A DNA stretch of 62,123 nucleotides, the filler included, from Choristocarpus tenellus KU-1152 (Eukaryota; Protista; Phaeophyceae), in the NCBI GenBank assembly GCA_964200185.2. It is 9 parts of 9 records of this genome, joined end to end, with 100 filler letters (N's around TTAATTAATTAA, not from the genome) between each part and the next. Parts side by side here need not be neighbours in the genome. Positions count along the whole stretch, not along the records: positions 39,809 to 43,688 come from CAXNAD020017407.1; positions 43,789 to 47,348 come from CAXNAD020019267.1; positions 47,449 to 55,006 come from CAXNAD020005964.1; 6 more parts are not named here. One strand, written 5' to 3'. Position numbers and translations under genes: made by a program. The notes under the pieces are model-generated. The model had not been told where the DNA came from and ran no database searches. It saw only the letters and a list, made by a program, of their open reading frames with translations. Below, in pieces: positions 40,027 to 53,192 of the stretch. Each line of letters starts with the position of its first letter. The stretch's first letter is position 1.

Positions 40027-42399
40027 TGGCGAGAGCTCTAATATTCTTACAGTTACACCGTGGGTTTCCCTTTCTCGGTGCTCTCTGGTCGCACACACAG
40101 TCTTGCCTCCTCCTCCTCCTCCTCCTCCCTTCCAAACACGAACGCCTTTTTTTTGTGTGCATCTTTTGGTTTAGTTGTGTTTGTTCTTGGCTGTAGTGTT
40201 AGAGGGTGGGAATACAGATGTGGTGAAACTGTTGGGGGGAGAGAGAGAGATGAAACAAAAAGGAGATGTAGAAAATAATGTTTTGTGTGATGTGAGGAGT
40301 ATGTATGTATATATGTATATATATATTTCTGCTTCTCCTCCCTATCCCTTAATCTTTTGTGTTGCGAGTTGGTCGTTCCTTTTTGTTGTTGTTGGTTAGA
40401 CTACTATTAGGTTGCCATATGTCTCCATGCGATCGATTTCGCATGTGTTGCGATCCGCGACGAGTTTGTGAGCTACATACATACATGGTACTTTAGGGAG
40501 GGGTGTTGTGATTCGTTGAAAGGTGCGTGTTTGTAATCTTTTTTCTTTTGTGCAGTGTTTGTTTACGAAGACGTATCTGTATATAGTCGAGTTTATAATT
40601 TTTTCCTTGTGTTTGATTCGAAGGCGTTTTGTTTACACGTACAGGCATTTATTTATTTTTAATTCCGTGGTGTGAACTTTTATGGAGACACATAAACATG
40701 TATGTGTGCATGTATGTATGTATGTATGTAATGTAATGTCCACATAGTTGAGTCGTTAGGTTCATACTTATTTTTCGTGCAATGTCCTCTTCTTGAGGTA
40801 GCGGAGTTTAAGGTACGCTTTTTTTTGTTTTGTTTTGTTTTGCGTGTGTTGTTCTTTGAAGGCATTGCCTGTCATCGAGTGGGGTGGGGGGTTCTCAACG
40901 TGTGTGCGTTTTCAAAGGCGTGTGTTGTTGATGGTTGAGTTGGGTGGTTGATCTTTTTTGTGCTTTTTGCATGCTGTATACTCATGTACAGTCATATGTT
41001 CATATCGAGGTTGTTCTTTTTTTTTTTCACTCAATATACATTATTGAAAGGTGAACGTTTGTAGTCAAGTCGAGTACTTTTTTTTTCCATGGGGTATACT
41101 TCAGTTGAGGTTCATGTGTACAAACAGGTGATTTGTATTTTGATATCCATCTTACGCAGGAGTATGTATGTGTGGGGGTGAATTGCTAACGTTCCCTTGT
41201 GAAGTAACCAAATCCCCCATTTTGCCCCACCAATTAGTTGGCTGTTTGTGCCTTCTCATTTTTTTGTGGGTGTGGAGGCAATTTTTGCCTCATTTGGTGT
41301 CAAAAACTGTGAATGGCGCCACTCTGTTCATCCAACTTGGTCGTATGGGGGGAATTGAGGGCAATGGTGAGAGGTTTGGTTGAGGAACTGGCGGTGGGGC
41401 TTCATAAGCAAATAGGTAGCTGACTTGTCATGTAAATTTTGTTTTAACTTTTGGATTCAGAAAATAATGAGCAGTCTTGACATATGTTCTTGCCACAATT
41501 TGTAGCATTGCCTAAAACTCTTCTTTTAAAAACAAAAACAAACTGTAATGCATCCCTGCCAAGGTGGCACGATCCTCTCCTTGTTGTGTTCCCTGCCCGA
41601 CCCTGTGGGCTTTTGACTGAACCAAGTGAAGCAACGTGAGATGAGACACATTTGATATTGTGAGGGGCTATCAGAAGACTCTTGCCTACCTCGTATCGTC
41701 CCTTTCACTACCTTGTCCCTTTCACTTCAGTGGCAGCGTAGTAGAGCTTTGAATGTCTCCGATGACAAAGGTAAGCGTGTTTTTAATATTATTTTTTTAG
41801 AGAAGAGGACAGTCGTAACCTCTGATTACCTGTGAAAAGACAGGGGAGGGGCTTAGGTGCACCGCCCGCCTACGCAAGAATCTGACGGGGGGGAGCAGTG
41901 AGTGACTTATTTCTCATATTGGTGTCGTTAGATGGAGTGCCAAATAGTGTAGTATAATTGAAATATAACATTGTGTACCATATACGAAAATGGCACCTCT
42001 GCAGGGATACTTCAAGACGTTCACCTGTATAATTTTGTGGTCAAATGTGAACGGAAATACTCTCAAGGCTATGAATACATAAATTCGTCAATATAAAAAA
42101 TCGATTTATGGAACTGAACTGAACTGAACTATAGGCGCGCATAATGCTGCTTGAGGCAATGTGACTCCTACACCTCCAAAGGTCTCAGCATTCAGATCAA
42201 AAGCCATGGGTGGGGAAGTGTGCAGGGACTCGTTGGTGGCAACTCCTGGCGATGAATTTGTGCTCTTTCTGTGACCTACAACTACGACTCCTTCATTGAT
42301 CATGCTTTGATTCGTATTGTGACTGTAAATGACATGTGGCGAACTGGCATGCACAACTTCTTCAGTTCAGTTGTTTCCGGTTGATTCCGATTAATCGAG

Positions 42400-43060
42400 A
42401 ACCAAAGGTCCGATTGGCTTGGCCTGGTGTGGTTCACAAGACCAATTTAATTTTTTTTAACGTTTGGACGGTGTGAAGATCGTTGTGAAGAAGACGCCTC
42501 TTTGTTACTGACCGGCTATAATGGCAGTGGTGTTGATTGAGAGTGTATCCATTTGGCGTGTGATTTTTTTTTTATGAGGCTTGGGGGAGCAATGATGCAC
42601 TACGTAGTGCTGAGTACTTTGGTTGTGATACATTCCTGTAAAAGGTACTGGGTGCTACTACAGCATGTTGCATGCACGAGAAGATCACCTCTCTCTCTTT
42701 TTGGTTTTGAATTGCAGCGAACAATTGATTGCTACGACGAATGACACTGCTTCTCACAGTCTGTAAGAAGGTTGAGAACTTTGGTCTGCCCTTGGAGTGC
42801 AAATAAAAAAAAAATCTTGAAAAAAAGCCTTTTTGATGCATATCCCGGAAGATAAGTGACCGATTGCTTTTCTTGGAAAGAGGAGAATGAACACACGGAT
42901 GGATGGTGTCTTCTCAGATTGCGAAGGGTTTGCAATGTATTTGCAGGCGAGGATTGTTCAGCAGAAGTTCAAAGCCGTATCACTGTCTATCGGTAAGATA
43001 TGCAACATGGTGGCCATGTTCGTTGCCACAACAGGCACGATCAGTTTCGAATGGGTTACT
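42400..43060 (+). pseudogene. Possible heavily decayed PIF/Harbinger (DDE_Tnp_4-like) transposase
   Basis: Motif remnants in the expected order: LDG (~42464), YNG (~42517), DAYP (~42835), NTRM..EGF, SIGKICNMVAMF. Weak, judged by eye only. Confidence 0.35.
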
Positions 43061-43606
43061 ATACCATTTTTGATCAGGCAATCCCTGAGATTGTCATGGG
43101 GAGCAAGAAGACTGCCCCCTTGTTCAATCATGCCCACCGGATTCTTAGTTCAATACTAGAGGTGCAGGAGGTTCAAAGGCGATCATTCTGAGGTCGTTGT
43201 GATCGCAGGAGAGGGGAAGTATTCTCAATTTTGTCAAGGAAGGGGTGTGTGGCCGACAGCTTTTAAACTCTCATATTTTCAAGTGAGGACCAACGGAAAC
43301 GTTAATGGATGAATGCAGTAGCATGTCAATATATATATGGTCTCCTAGATGTGTTGACCTAGATGTGTTGCAGCCAAACACTAAGTACAACACTGCGCTT
43401 CTCTTTCTTGCCCACAAAACAACTGTGCAGAACGTTACTTCAAAACTTTAAAGATAAGAGTCCGTCAAAGCCTATATAAACAGTGCCGACACATTGATCC
43501 ACAATGCTGCTCAATAACCTGACTTACCGACCTGGTAACAGGGTGTACTGTTGTGCCTAGCACCCTCCTTTTCTTGGGCTCACAGGAAAAGATGGGTTGA
43601 TAGCTG

Positions 43607-43642
<36 letters not shown>

Positions 43643-43862
43643 TTCCCCCCGCCCAACCGCCGCCCCCCCCCCCCCTATTCTGCCTCTTNNNNNNNNNNNN
43701 NNNNNNNNNNNNNNNNNNNNNNNNNNNNNNNNTTAATTAATTAANNNNNNNNNNNNNNNNNNNNNNNNNNNNNNNNNNNNNNNNNNNNGTCAGCAATAAA
43801 GAAAGGTGTTTGACCGAAACGGACGCCCCCTCACAAACCACCCCCCCCAGATACTTTGACCC

Positions 43863-44089
43863 TCCATTTGGGGACCAAAATCTAATGTTGCGATTTTGAC
43901 GTAATTTCAACTGTCATGTTTGTTAGGAGTTGTCAATATCCATGTCTGGACACTCCTTTTCATAACGTATCTATTTTACCTACTCTAAAACATTTTGGAG
44001 TAGGTAAAATATCAATAAGAACCCATGGGAAGCCAAGCCCCACATGGACAAACAGGACAAAATTCGTACCCTCTAAGATACTTTCACTC
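43863..44089. mobile_element. MITE family A, interrupted by a family C element
   Basis: Family A sequence resumes at TCCATTTGGGG immediately after the C-type TIR ending at 43862; right TIR intact. Confidence 0.8.
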
Positions 44090-46099
44090 GCTAGTCTGAC
44101 TGTACCACGGCCCCAGACCCTGAAGGTGTCGAGGAAGCTGACAACCATGTTATGACTGGTGTTGAGGGTGCTTGCGTTGCAGGAAATTCTTGACACCACA
44201 AGAGGAAGGTGGAAGACTTACTGACTCAAAGGTGCTGAGGTCCTTGATCGACGACCCAAATCCATCGGTCTACCTAGCCCCCAACCATGATGGGAGTGGC
44301 TGAAGTACTTCGTGGGCAATAGGAAATGTAGTGAAAGTGAAGACAGCCGGATGAGTGTGGATAGAACCTCCACTCCTTTCTTGCTTGTGTTTCGGAAAAT
44401 AAGGTCCGAGTTACAGGTTGTGTGAGAGTGTTTTTCGCTTGTCTTTTTTTTTGAACACAAAAGCATTGCAAACCAATTGTCAGACCGAACAGAAGGAGGA
44501 GAGGGAGAAGAGGTCAGGTTGCATACACCGGGTAGGCATTGTAACTTATTGGGTGTTCGGGAGGGGAGACAGCAAGACACGTGGCATGCAAGAGATTAGG
44601 TGTTGAATCGTTTTTTGTAAACACTATGCTTTGTTTTTGATTACCACACCACACGAGGACCGCTATTGTGTTGTCATCTTCCACCGTGGCAGTTTGCAAG
44701 AGGCGATGCACATTGACAATGTAAGACAGATCTCTGTCTCGCAACAGTCGTCTGGTCTCAAGCTTAGTTTGTGATGTTGTGCTTCGACTGGTTATTTTGT
44801 GGCGCAACACACTTTCCTTGATAAGGAGAAGAAGGAGAGATTTGTCCTACACAAAGATTTATTGTGTAGCTCACCTGGGTACCCCTCAAGCATTACTTTT
44901 TTTTTAAGGGAGATGTGCCGGTTTGTCTCTTGCGTACATAGCAACACAAATCACAGGTGACTTCCAATATCTAACCGTGATAAGTGACTTTTGGGGTAAA
45001 GGTTGCAGTCCAGACATTTAATGCATTAATGTATGTGGTCGGTGGTGTAAGGCACTGTAATCGCAGTCTGTTATGGTTGTTGAAATCAAAAGGAAATGAC
45101 AAACGTAATGGCAGGAATGGAACGCGAATACATACATTTTTTGTGCATTTATTCTTTTCATTCGTGCTAACTCTATAGCATATTTTGTGTGCAAGACCTG
45201 CGGTATAAATATACCCTTTGCCTGCATGAAACTTCCGCAAGGGGTGATGAGCCGGTTGTGGATAGAAGTAGCATTAATAGTGGAAAGAGATAGTTGTGAT
45301 AGAGGTTGGGCCTCAACAGCTGCAGCACTAGCAGTCGTTGCACACACAATTTATTTTTCTGAGAGGGAGTCATACATTTTTACTAAGGTCATGCCTTTCG
45401 GTAATACCACTATCACATATCAATGAACTATGAACTCTGTCCGCATACGGAATTAGTGTACAGATTCCTACGAATTTTAAGTCCCAACACTACCACAGTT
45501 ACCTATGTTGTGGTGTGTTTGATATGTACAGCACGGTTGCTTGTCAGAGCATAGAGCTCTAGGTGCTCACACAAACCGAACCTTTCGGTATTTCTTTTTT
45601 TATCAACAAGGTTTTGGCCCATAAGTGTTAGCAACTTTCGTGGCGCGGAGTACTTGATTCAGTATTTAGATATACGTACGATATACTGTACTCTAGAAAC
45701 ATGCTTTCCGCATTACCCACCCACTGCCATGTTGGAGGTCTATGGTTTTCATCAAGAACAAAGGTGAGATTTTTTGTATGCATTTCAACTAATAGATCTT
45801 TCGTGCGAGGAAAAGAATGAACACAAGCATTATGTAACTCGTCCACTGAAATATTGGAAAGGAATTTTCATTGTTGTATCAAAGAGGACTAAGTATGGGC
45901 TGTTGACTAAGGACAAACAACAGTGATTGTTCTCTTCATACATTATCATGTAATCGCTGCTGCCGAAAGGAGTAGGCTATTGAGAACGAGGGGCCTCTCT
46001 CTGTGACTACCTTCTCTGGTACATACCCTCCTAGCAGTCTGGAGGACGACTTTGTGCTTCGGTGGGGCAATATTTGTCTCCTCGTCTATAGATCCAGCC

Positions 46100-46510
46100 T
46101 TTACAGAAGCGTAAACATCATGGAAATTCACAGGGTGTTGGGACATCCACACAAGAAGGTGACCAGGGAGTCAGTTAAGGAAACCGGCATTACTCTCACA
46201 AGCAAGTGGAGGCCTTGCAAAGGGTTCTCCAAGGCCAATGCACACGTCCATGTAGTATTGAAATCGACCGAGACCTGAGCAATAAAACGTCAGGTAGAAT
46301 ATTCGTACATCTCTCACAGCGATGATGAGTGTACCAACGGTTGGAGGGATGCAATTCGCAATAGTTTTCATCAACAACTACACCTGGATGAGCTGGATCA
46401 GATTCCTCCACAAGAAACGTGATTTGACAGACGAAGTCAAGAGCTTCATCGCAGAAATCCCCACACTGTCCGACTTGAAGATCAGCATTATCCGCACGGA
46501 CGAGTGCTCC
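46100..46510 (+). pseudogene. Ty1/copia GAG-pre-integrase and integrase remnant
   Basis: IHRVLGHP..WRPCKGFSKA (degenerate HHCC), then stop/frameshift, then GGMQFAIVFINNYTWMSWIRFLHKK..IIRTDE (rve core). Confidence 0.8.
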
Positions 46511-46693
46511 AGAGTCCACCACTCGTTCTTCTCCATCTCTCATCAGGTGAGGGCTTGCAGTCTGGAAAACTGTGCCCATCATCGTAGAAGTAGCAACCGT
46601 TAGCACTCCTTCCACTCCAGTTCCCAAAGGCCCACCTGCCTTGTACCCTGCCTTGCATCCACGGTGAGGACACTTCTTCACTGAGGATATGTT

Positions 46694-46952
46694 GAGTGAA
46701 AGTATCTTAGAGGGTACGAGTTTTTCCCTTTTTGTCCATTTGGGGATTGGCTTCCCATGGGTTCTTATATGACATGTTCCTACTCCAAAATGTTTAGGAG
46801 TAGGTATAGTGTGTATGTTGTGAAAAAGGTGTGTGCGGAACATAGATATTGACACTTCCTAACGAACAAGATAGCAAAAATGACATCAAAATCGAAACAT
46901 GGATTGTGACTCCCAAATGGACGCGGCTCTACCCTCTAAGATACTTTGACTC
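46694..46952. mobile_element. MITE family A
   Basis: Both TIRs intact; TSD not clean. Confidence 0.85.
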
Positions 46953-47640
46953 TGTTTTATCCTCGCAGATGTAGGACCCATGAGCCTTCTTGTTGTTGTC
47001 GACACTTGAATTTTCCTTTGTGGTTTTATGCTCTGCCGATATGGCATCTTCACCTTGGTGCCCACGACTTTTAAAGTGAAAACAATTTCCACACTAAACG
47101 ACTCTGTTTTTTCCTGAGAACTCTTGCACTGCCCGGCTATCTTCGTACCTCTCCAACTGAATCCTTTCATGATATTGAGTGATGTGTCTGTCTAACTTTA
47201 AGTCTATCAGCCTGTCTTCTCCATTGAAAATTCTCCTCTCCATCTCGTACTCGATGCACAGCGTGATCACGATGGCGCATTGATCTGGTCCTAGGTCACA
47301 GGTGTCCCAAGCTGCTTTAGGGTCAAAGTATCTTGGGGGGGGGGGTGGNNNNNNNNNNNNNNNNNNNNNNNNNNNNNNNNNNNNNNNNNNNNTTAATTAA
47401 TTAANNNNNNNNNNNNNNNNNNNNNNNNNNNNNNNNNNNNNNNNNNNNATTCTCTTCTTCTTTCTTTCTTTTCTATCCCCACATTCTGGTCCTATGCCCC
47501 CAGCCAACCAGAATTCTACTGCCACAAAACTCAGTTTACTTCATAAACTCTCACTTGTCACGATTTTCTGTTTCGAAATGCCCCAAAAAAGGGAAAAAGC
47601 AAAACGAAACGAGGGTGAAAACGTGCGTATAGGAGATGGC

Positions 47641-47944
47641 CTTGATTTTTTTTTTAATGGTTGCCCAACGAGATAAACGATGATCAGCGTATCCAATGAA
47701 AGCTCTTGATCTAAGCTATGGATTTACGCAAAGAAATTCTTTCGGAAAATTATTTTGGTAAGATTAAATTCTAACCAAATGTTTTAGAGGCAACCTTGAA
47801 AAATTTTCGGAATGAATTATTACGACCAAAACTATTTTTTCGAAATAGTTTCTTTGTGTAAATCGATAGCCTAGATCCAGACCTTTCATTTGATACGCTG
47901 ATTGTCGATTAACTCGTTGACCAACCCTTTCAAAAAAATCAAGA
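47641..47944. repeat. ~120-bp imperfect inverted repeat (foldback, probable TE core)
   Basis: CTTGATTTTT..CAACGAG..ATCAGCGTATCCAATGAAAG..GATTTACGCAAAGAAA is mirrored at ~47823-47944. Confidence 0.75.
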
Positions 47945-49619
47945 TTGGTACTCGCCCAAACGGTACGTGGGCTAAGCTTGGCTTAGTACTGTTTAAGCCA
48001 CTCACAGGACACTGTGACGCACAATGAGTCCGAGTTGTGACCTGCCCCTCACAGGACACTGTGAATCGAACCCGATAGAGGTGATCTGAGGGTGGGCGAA
48101 GCACTATGTATAAGGCCTCTTCTTGAGTCAAAATTGTCGCGCGCGTGGACTACTTGATTTAAGAATAGTCCTGTATCTTTCACGACGAGTCTTGCAAATT
48201 GACCAACCCAAAACAACGAATAAGGTTAAGCATGATTATGCGATTGCAACAAACGAGTTTTCATGAAAAAAATCGTTGTGGATCAAAGGTTATGGTACGA
48301 CAAAGTTGATGCAGGAGGTGACTCCCAACACTGTAGTAGTAAAATACTCCAATTAGATGATAGAAAAATTCTTCCACATTTACAACTATTACGTTTTCAC
48401 GGGTTCTGATATTTGATTGACTTTTGGTTGGTTTTTTCCTTGACACATCTTGAAAATGTCAGAGAGCATAACAATAAAGTCCTAGACTAACCGTAACGGA
48501 GAGGACGAGGTTAAGGTTGGGTACAGAGACGAGGACTGAGGAAGTGGGGAGGATCATGGTGCGGATGGGGTTCAGGAAGAAAACACGTCAGAAATGGGAG
48601 ATCCGCCTTCAAAAAACGTGATAATGAAGAAATGTCACTGAAAGTCACGCGAACCTACATATATTATTATTCCCTCTGAGACCAATCCTTGCAGAGATCT
48701 CCACAGTTGAACCAAAGTCCTCAGAAAAGACGATCGATCGGTATATTGGTGTAATGCACACGGCAATATCGGTATAGTGACAGTTAAGCCTTGTTTTCAC
48801 GTTGACCCTCGTTCTGTTGGGAATTCTCAAAATCGTCATTCGATGCAAAATGGGGAATGCAGGTTTAACTTTGTACATACTATTTTACTATATATTACAC
48901 GACTTACCAATACAAAACAAAATGTAACACGTAATTTTCGCATTTGGCAGAGATATGTCCCCTTTTTGGGATCTCCCAACAGTAGTAGGAGTGATAAGGA
49001 TAATACACAGTCATACACTTACACATGCCACCTTTTGCCATTATGGTCAGCCCAGGTGATGTGGTATGGGTCAGATATATGACCGGCTCGTGGGAACTCC
49101 AACATGAATGGTGGATTCAAACCAGCAAAACCCAAGATTGTGTTTTCTGTTCTCACTTATCGCAATCAATCACAACAGTAGAGACTGATCCAGATGGCAA
49201 CTCTGACGCTGTCAACATACGCCCAGCACGTCTCAATTTCGTCTCTCACTTCGTTTTTCTGAACCTAATCTCTGGTGGTCATCATTACCCCCCATCACAT
49301 AGAACCTGGCTCCATTACAGCGGTCGTCACGCCGATCTGTTTTGGGGGGTCACCAGAGATGTCGGGTCACGCCACGATGGTGGACAACAAGGAAGCACAG
49401 CCAACTCAAAAGGTTGTGGAGAAATAATGCACTCTCAATCCTGAGCCCCGTCAAAAGGACTGATTCACCCTTAATGGTTTGGTTGAAGACGAGGGTGGTG
49501 ACACAATGCCTGGGGAACGGCCTTGAACATAATATTCATTAGCTTCACGTAGGAAAGGCTCATCACCCCAAGCTGCTTGTAGGTTACATGGTCAACATAC
49601 ACTGTTTATTATGTATATT

Positions 49620-50325
49620 ATTTTTTTCCCTCTGGCATTTTGCAGATATGTCAGGGAAAGACCGATTAAAAGTCAATTCAACATCAGAACAACCCCTGAA
49701 AAAGTAATAGTTGTCGTATATGTGAAATATATTGTTCTATCTTTTTATTTTCTATTTTGATATCAGCTATGATACACCACTAGCTTCCTATACCTCGAAC
49801 CTAACTTAGTCCTGCACCCCAATTAGTAAATTATCCAATGGGTCCTGCTTCGACCATTCATTTCCTGCTGTATATCCAAAAACCGACTCATCATGCAGAT
49901 ATGTACGTTACTACTCTGTATTGTACCGAACTAAAGATAAACGTACATGAAACTGTCATATTATATTTTTATTAATATGCCCTCTGACATTTTGCAGATG
50001 CGTCAGGGGGAAAACCAATGAAAAGCCAATTAAATATCAGAACAACTCCTTAAAAAGTAATAGCTGTCGTAAATGTGAAAGACATTTTTCTATCATCTAT
50101 GGGGTATTTATTATTTTACTATCAGCTATGCTGCACCACTGTCATCTAATATTATTTTGCCCTCTGACATTTTGCAGATGTGTTGTCAGGGAAAAAAACG
50201 ACTAAAATTCAATTCAATATCAGAACAACTCCTGAAAAAATACCAGTTATCGTAAATGTCAACGATATTATTCTATCATCTATTGACTATTTTACTACTA
50301 GGTATGCTACACCACTCCCCTCCAA
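49620..50325 (+). repeat. Dispersed ~170-bp repeat (family D); three copies here, others at ~14220-14430 and, inverted, ~48325-48475
   Basis: GCCCTCTGACATTTTGCAGATG..TCAGGG..AATATCAGAACAACTCCTGAAAAAGTAATAG..GTAAATGTGAAA. Confidence 0.8.
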
Positions 50326-51296
50326 AGTGTGGTATATGCCTGTATCAGCACACATCACGTAACCATAACACTAATTGCTACGACATCCTCCCCTTGCTGA
50401 AAACAATAAGCATAAACTCACAAAAAATAATAATGATATGTTCAAACATAGGCTACTCATCTTTTGTGCACCTGATACGATAGAGTATTAACGGTTTATA
50501 CTGACTGATGATTCGTACATCAGTACTGGTTACTAGTCACATTTTCGTCATTAGCATCTCATCATAGCATCATCAACTAATGTTAGAACATCATGGTGCA
50601 AAGGAAGCATGGAACAGTCGACATCTGTCAAGCATACAAGCAAAGTATGTGCCATATGAATTATCCCAGGTATTGGTTAAATTTTGTTTTTTTATTTCTT
50701 TGATCTTCACATCAGACCTATCAGTTGAGTCTCATATGGTGATTATTCTTTATTCTCTGGTTGTCTTTGCCCCCACTTAGACTTCGAGTTCGCCCTGCAC
50801 TAAGTGTACCTCTTCACAACAGGATGTCGTATATTCAGAGTTAAAACTTCCTCAGAAAGCCTTCTTCACAAGGTACCAATCCTATACTCATAGCATATAT
50901 ACCTTCCTTTGGCTGTCTCTAGGAATACCCGCAACATCATACTGCATAACCTCTGACTGTGCATATCATGCCGCTAGGTTCCTCAAGCATATTTCCTCGG
51001 TGCTTCATTGCACTATGACACCCCTCCACCACAACCAACCATCCGCCGTACAAGAGCACGATTAATTCAATCCCAAGTTTCAATAGGTATTGAGCCTCAT
51101 ACGATTCCCCTTCAGGAGGGATTGGAATAGGAAAAGGGAATGCAGGACATCAACCAGAAGCTTTCAATTTTTTCATCAGGAGACGGGAAAGGTTATATAT
51201 ATTTTTCCTTTTGTCCTTTTTCTCGATTTTTCGAGCTCGTCCTCACGTGGCCTATGTATCCTTGATATGTCCACTTGTTGATTTCAAAACGGTTTC

Positions 51297-51718
51297 AAGT
51301 AAAAGTATCTTAGAGGGTACGAGTTTGCCCTGTTTGTCCGTTTGGCTTTCCACGGATTTATTATTACATTTTCCTACTTCTGAGTAGGTAAAATGTGTGC
51401 GTTATGAAAAGACCCAAAGTATCTGTGTGGGGGGGGAGGTCTACACCAGGGTGTCCATTGCAAACTCTAGAGAAAAGTGTATTTACATTTTCCGTCCAAA
51501 ATATGAAACCAAATCACCCAAAAATCGCGACATGAAAAAATTGAGCCCAAATGGACAGCCGCCACCTCCCCCCCCAGATTCTTTGAGCCAAAGGTGTGAC
51601 CAGAACAAAGATATTGACACTTCCTAACAAACAAGATAGCCAAAATTATATCAAAATCGGAACATTGGATTTTGGCCCCCAAACGGACACGGCTCTACCC
51701 TCTGAGATACTTTGACTC
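51297..51718. mobile_element. MITE family A carrying a nested family B element (51411-51589)
   Basis: Removing B plus one AAA restores the family A consensus TTATGAAAAGGTGTG. Confidence 0.85.
51411..51589. mobile_element. MITE family B nested in family A
   Basis: TSD AAA/AAA. Confidence 0.88.
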
Positions 51719-51789
51719 AATCTCCAGGATAGCTAGTAGCATCAATATATGTAGTTATCTCACACTCGATATCAAAACCACCACAATCT

Positions 51790-52240
51790 ATCCAACACTT
51801 GGACATGTTTTAAGATATGTTAAAATGCACTAAACACCGCGCCAATGTGCAACTTTTGGACAGCTACTGTACTTGGCAACCTCACGAACTGCATTGGTAG
51901 TATCTAGTCTATTCATGACAGCTGCCCACATCAAACTACCGACAGCCTCTGTCTGTAAGGGATGTTTTCATCAACACTTGGATGATCCTCATTCTTGTCT
52001 GAAATCCATGAGAGATCTCGGGGTTACCGCCCATTTTTTTTGCCCTATCCATACCAACCAAATCTTTGACAAATGCTCCAAATGTACTTAGTCTGACTAA
52101 TGCTAACTGTCTTTGCACTTCTGTCATGTGAAATCTCAAAACCAATATAGTACTCAAGATAACCAAACCGTTCTATAGAAAACTGCTCCTCGATCCTGAA
52201 GCGAACCCAAATCAAAACATAAGGTATTCCTGCCATGATA
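51790..52240 (-). pseudogene. Ty1/copia reverse transcriptase remnant
   Basis: GYLEYYIGFEISHDRSAKTVSISQTKYI..RFG and EAVGSLMWAAVMNRLDTTNAVREVAKY in different frames. Confidence 0.8.
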
Positions 52241-52273
52241 AGATCTTCAACGTGAGGGGCTATTACAGCGCAA

Positions 52274-52930
52274 GGGTCAAAGTATCTGGGGGTGGCGTGC
52301 CGGCGTTTTTACCCTTTTTTCGATTTTCACTTTTTGGCATGATTTGGTTGCACGTGTCGGATTTGCAATGCGGGGAAGAAAAAGAGGACTGTTGGTTAGG
52401 TTCCCTTCTGTCCTTGCGTACGCACAAGGAATGGGAATATATACCACCATTTATTTCGGCTTGGTTACGAGTTTCGACGTTTGCGTATGTCGGATTTCGA
52501 ATGTGTTCAAACAAGCTTATTGGTTGGTGTATGTTGGTCGTATAGTTAGGATGAAGAATGAGATATATGCCACAGGTTGTTTTAGGGTTAGTTATTGGTT
52601 TGTTTGGTTGCATGAGTCGGATTTGGTTAGCACATAAAGAGGGCTGCCGGTTAGGGTGTGTTGTCGCAGTGTTAGCACAATGAATTGAAAAAAAATACCA
52701 CAGACTGTTTCGAGGTTAGTTTTTTCGTTTATTTGCTTGCATGAGTTGTGTCTTGTATGTACACAAAGAGAACTGTCAGTTAGGGCATTTTGTCCCGGTG
52801 TTTGCACCAGGAATTAAAAAATATTCCATGGACTAAATTTAGTATTTAATTTATTTGCTTGCATGTGTCGGATTTAGTTTGTACACAAACGGGGTTGTCG
52901 CTCGGGGTGTTAGGGTTAAAGTTGTAGGCA
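52274..52930. mobile_element. Longer related element (family C) with ~125-bp internal subrepeats; other C-type ends at 33670-33761, 43789-43862, 47320-47348, ~60000-60064 and 62098-62123
   Basis: GGGTCAAAGTATCTGGGGG terminus; shares GATTTGGTTGCAC..TCGGAT with family B; TTTG(G/C)TTGCATG motif repeated at ~52600, ~52730 and ~52853. Right end not located. Confidence 0.65.
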
Positions 52931-52935
52931 TGAAG

Positions 52936-53192
52936 GAGCCAAAGTATCTTAGAGGGTAGAGCTGTCCATTTGAGGGCCAAAATCAAATGTTGCGATTTTG
53001 ATGTATTTTTGGCTATCGTGTTTGTTAGGAGGTGTCAATATCCTTGTTGCGGACAGACCTTTTCATAACGTATACATTTTACCTGCTCCGAAATATTTCA
53101 GAGAAGGAAAATGTCATAAACCCACCTGAGGGAAGGCAAGCCTCAAATGGACAAACCGGGCAAAGCTCGTACCCTCTAAGGTACTTTCACTC
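52936..53192. mobile_element. MITE family A
   Basis: TSD AAG/AAG; both TIRs present. Confidence 0.85.

Noticed and set aside
47030-47280. Possible copia RT remnant on the minus strand
   Set aside because: Similarity is too degraded to support by eye.
50760-51290. Possible LINE endonuclease remnant
   Set aside because: Only a vague DVAG-like motif; insufficient evidence.
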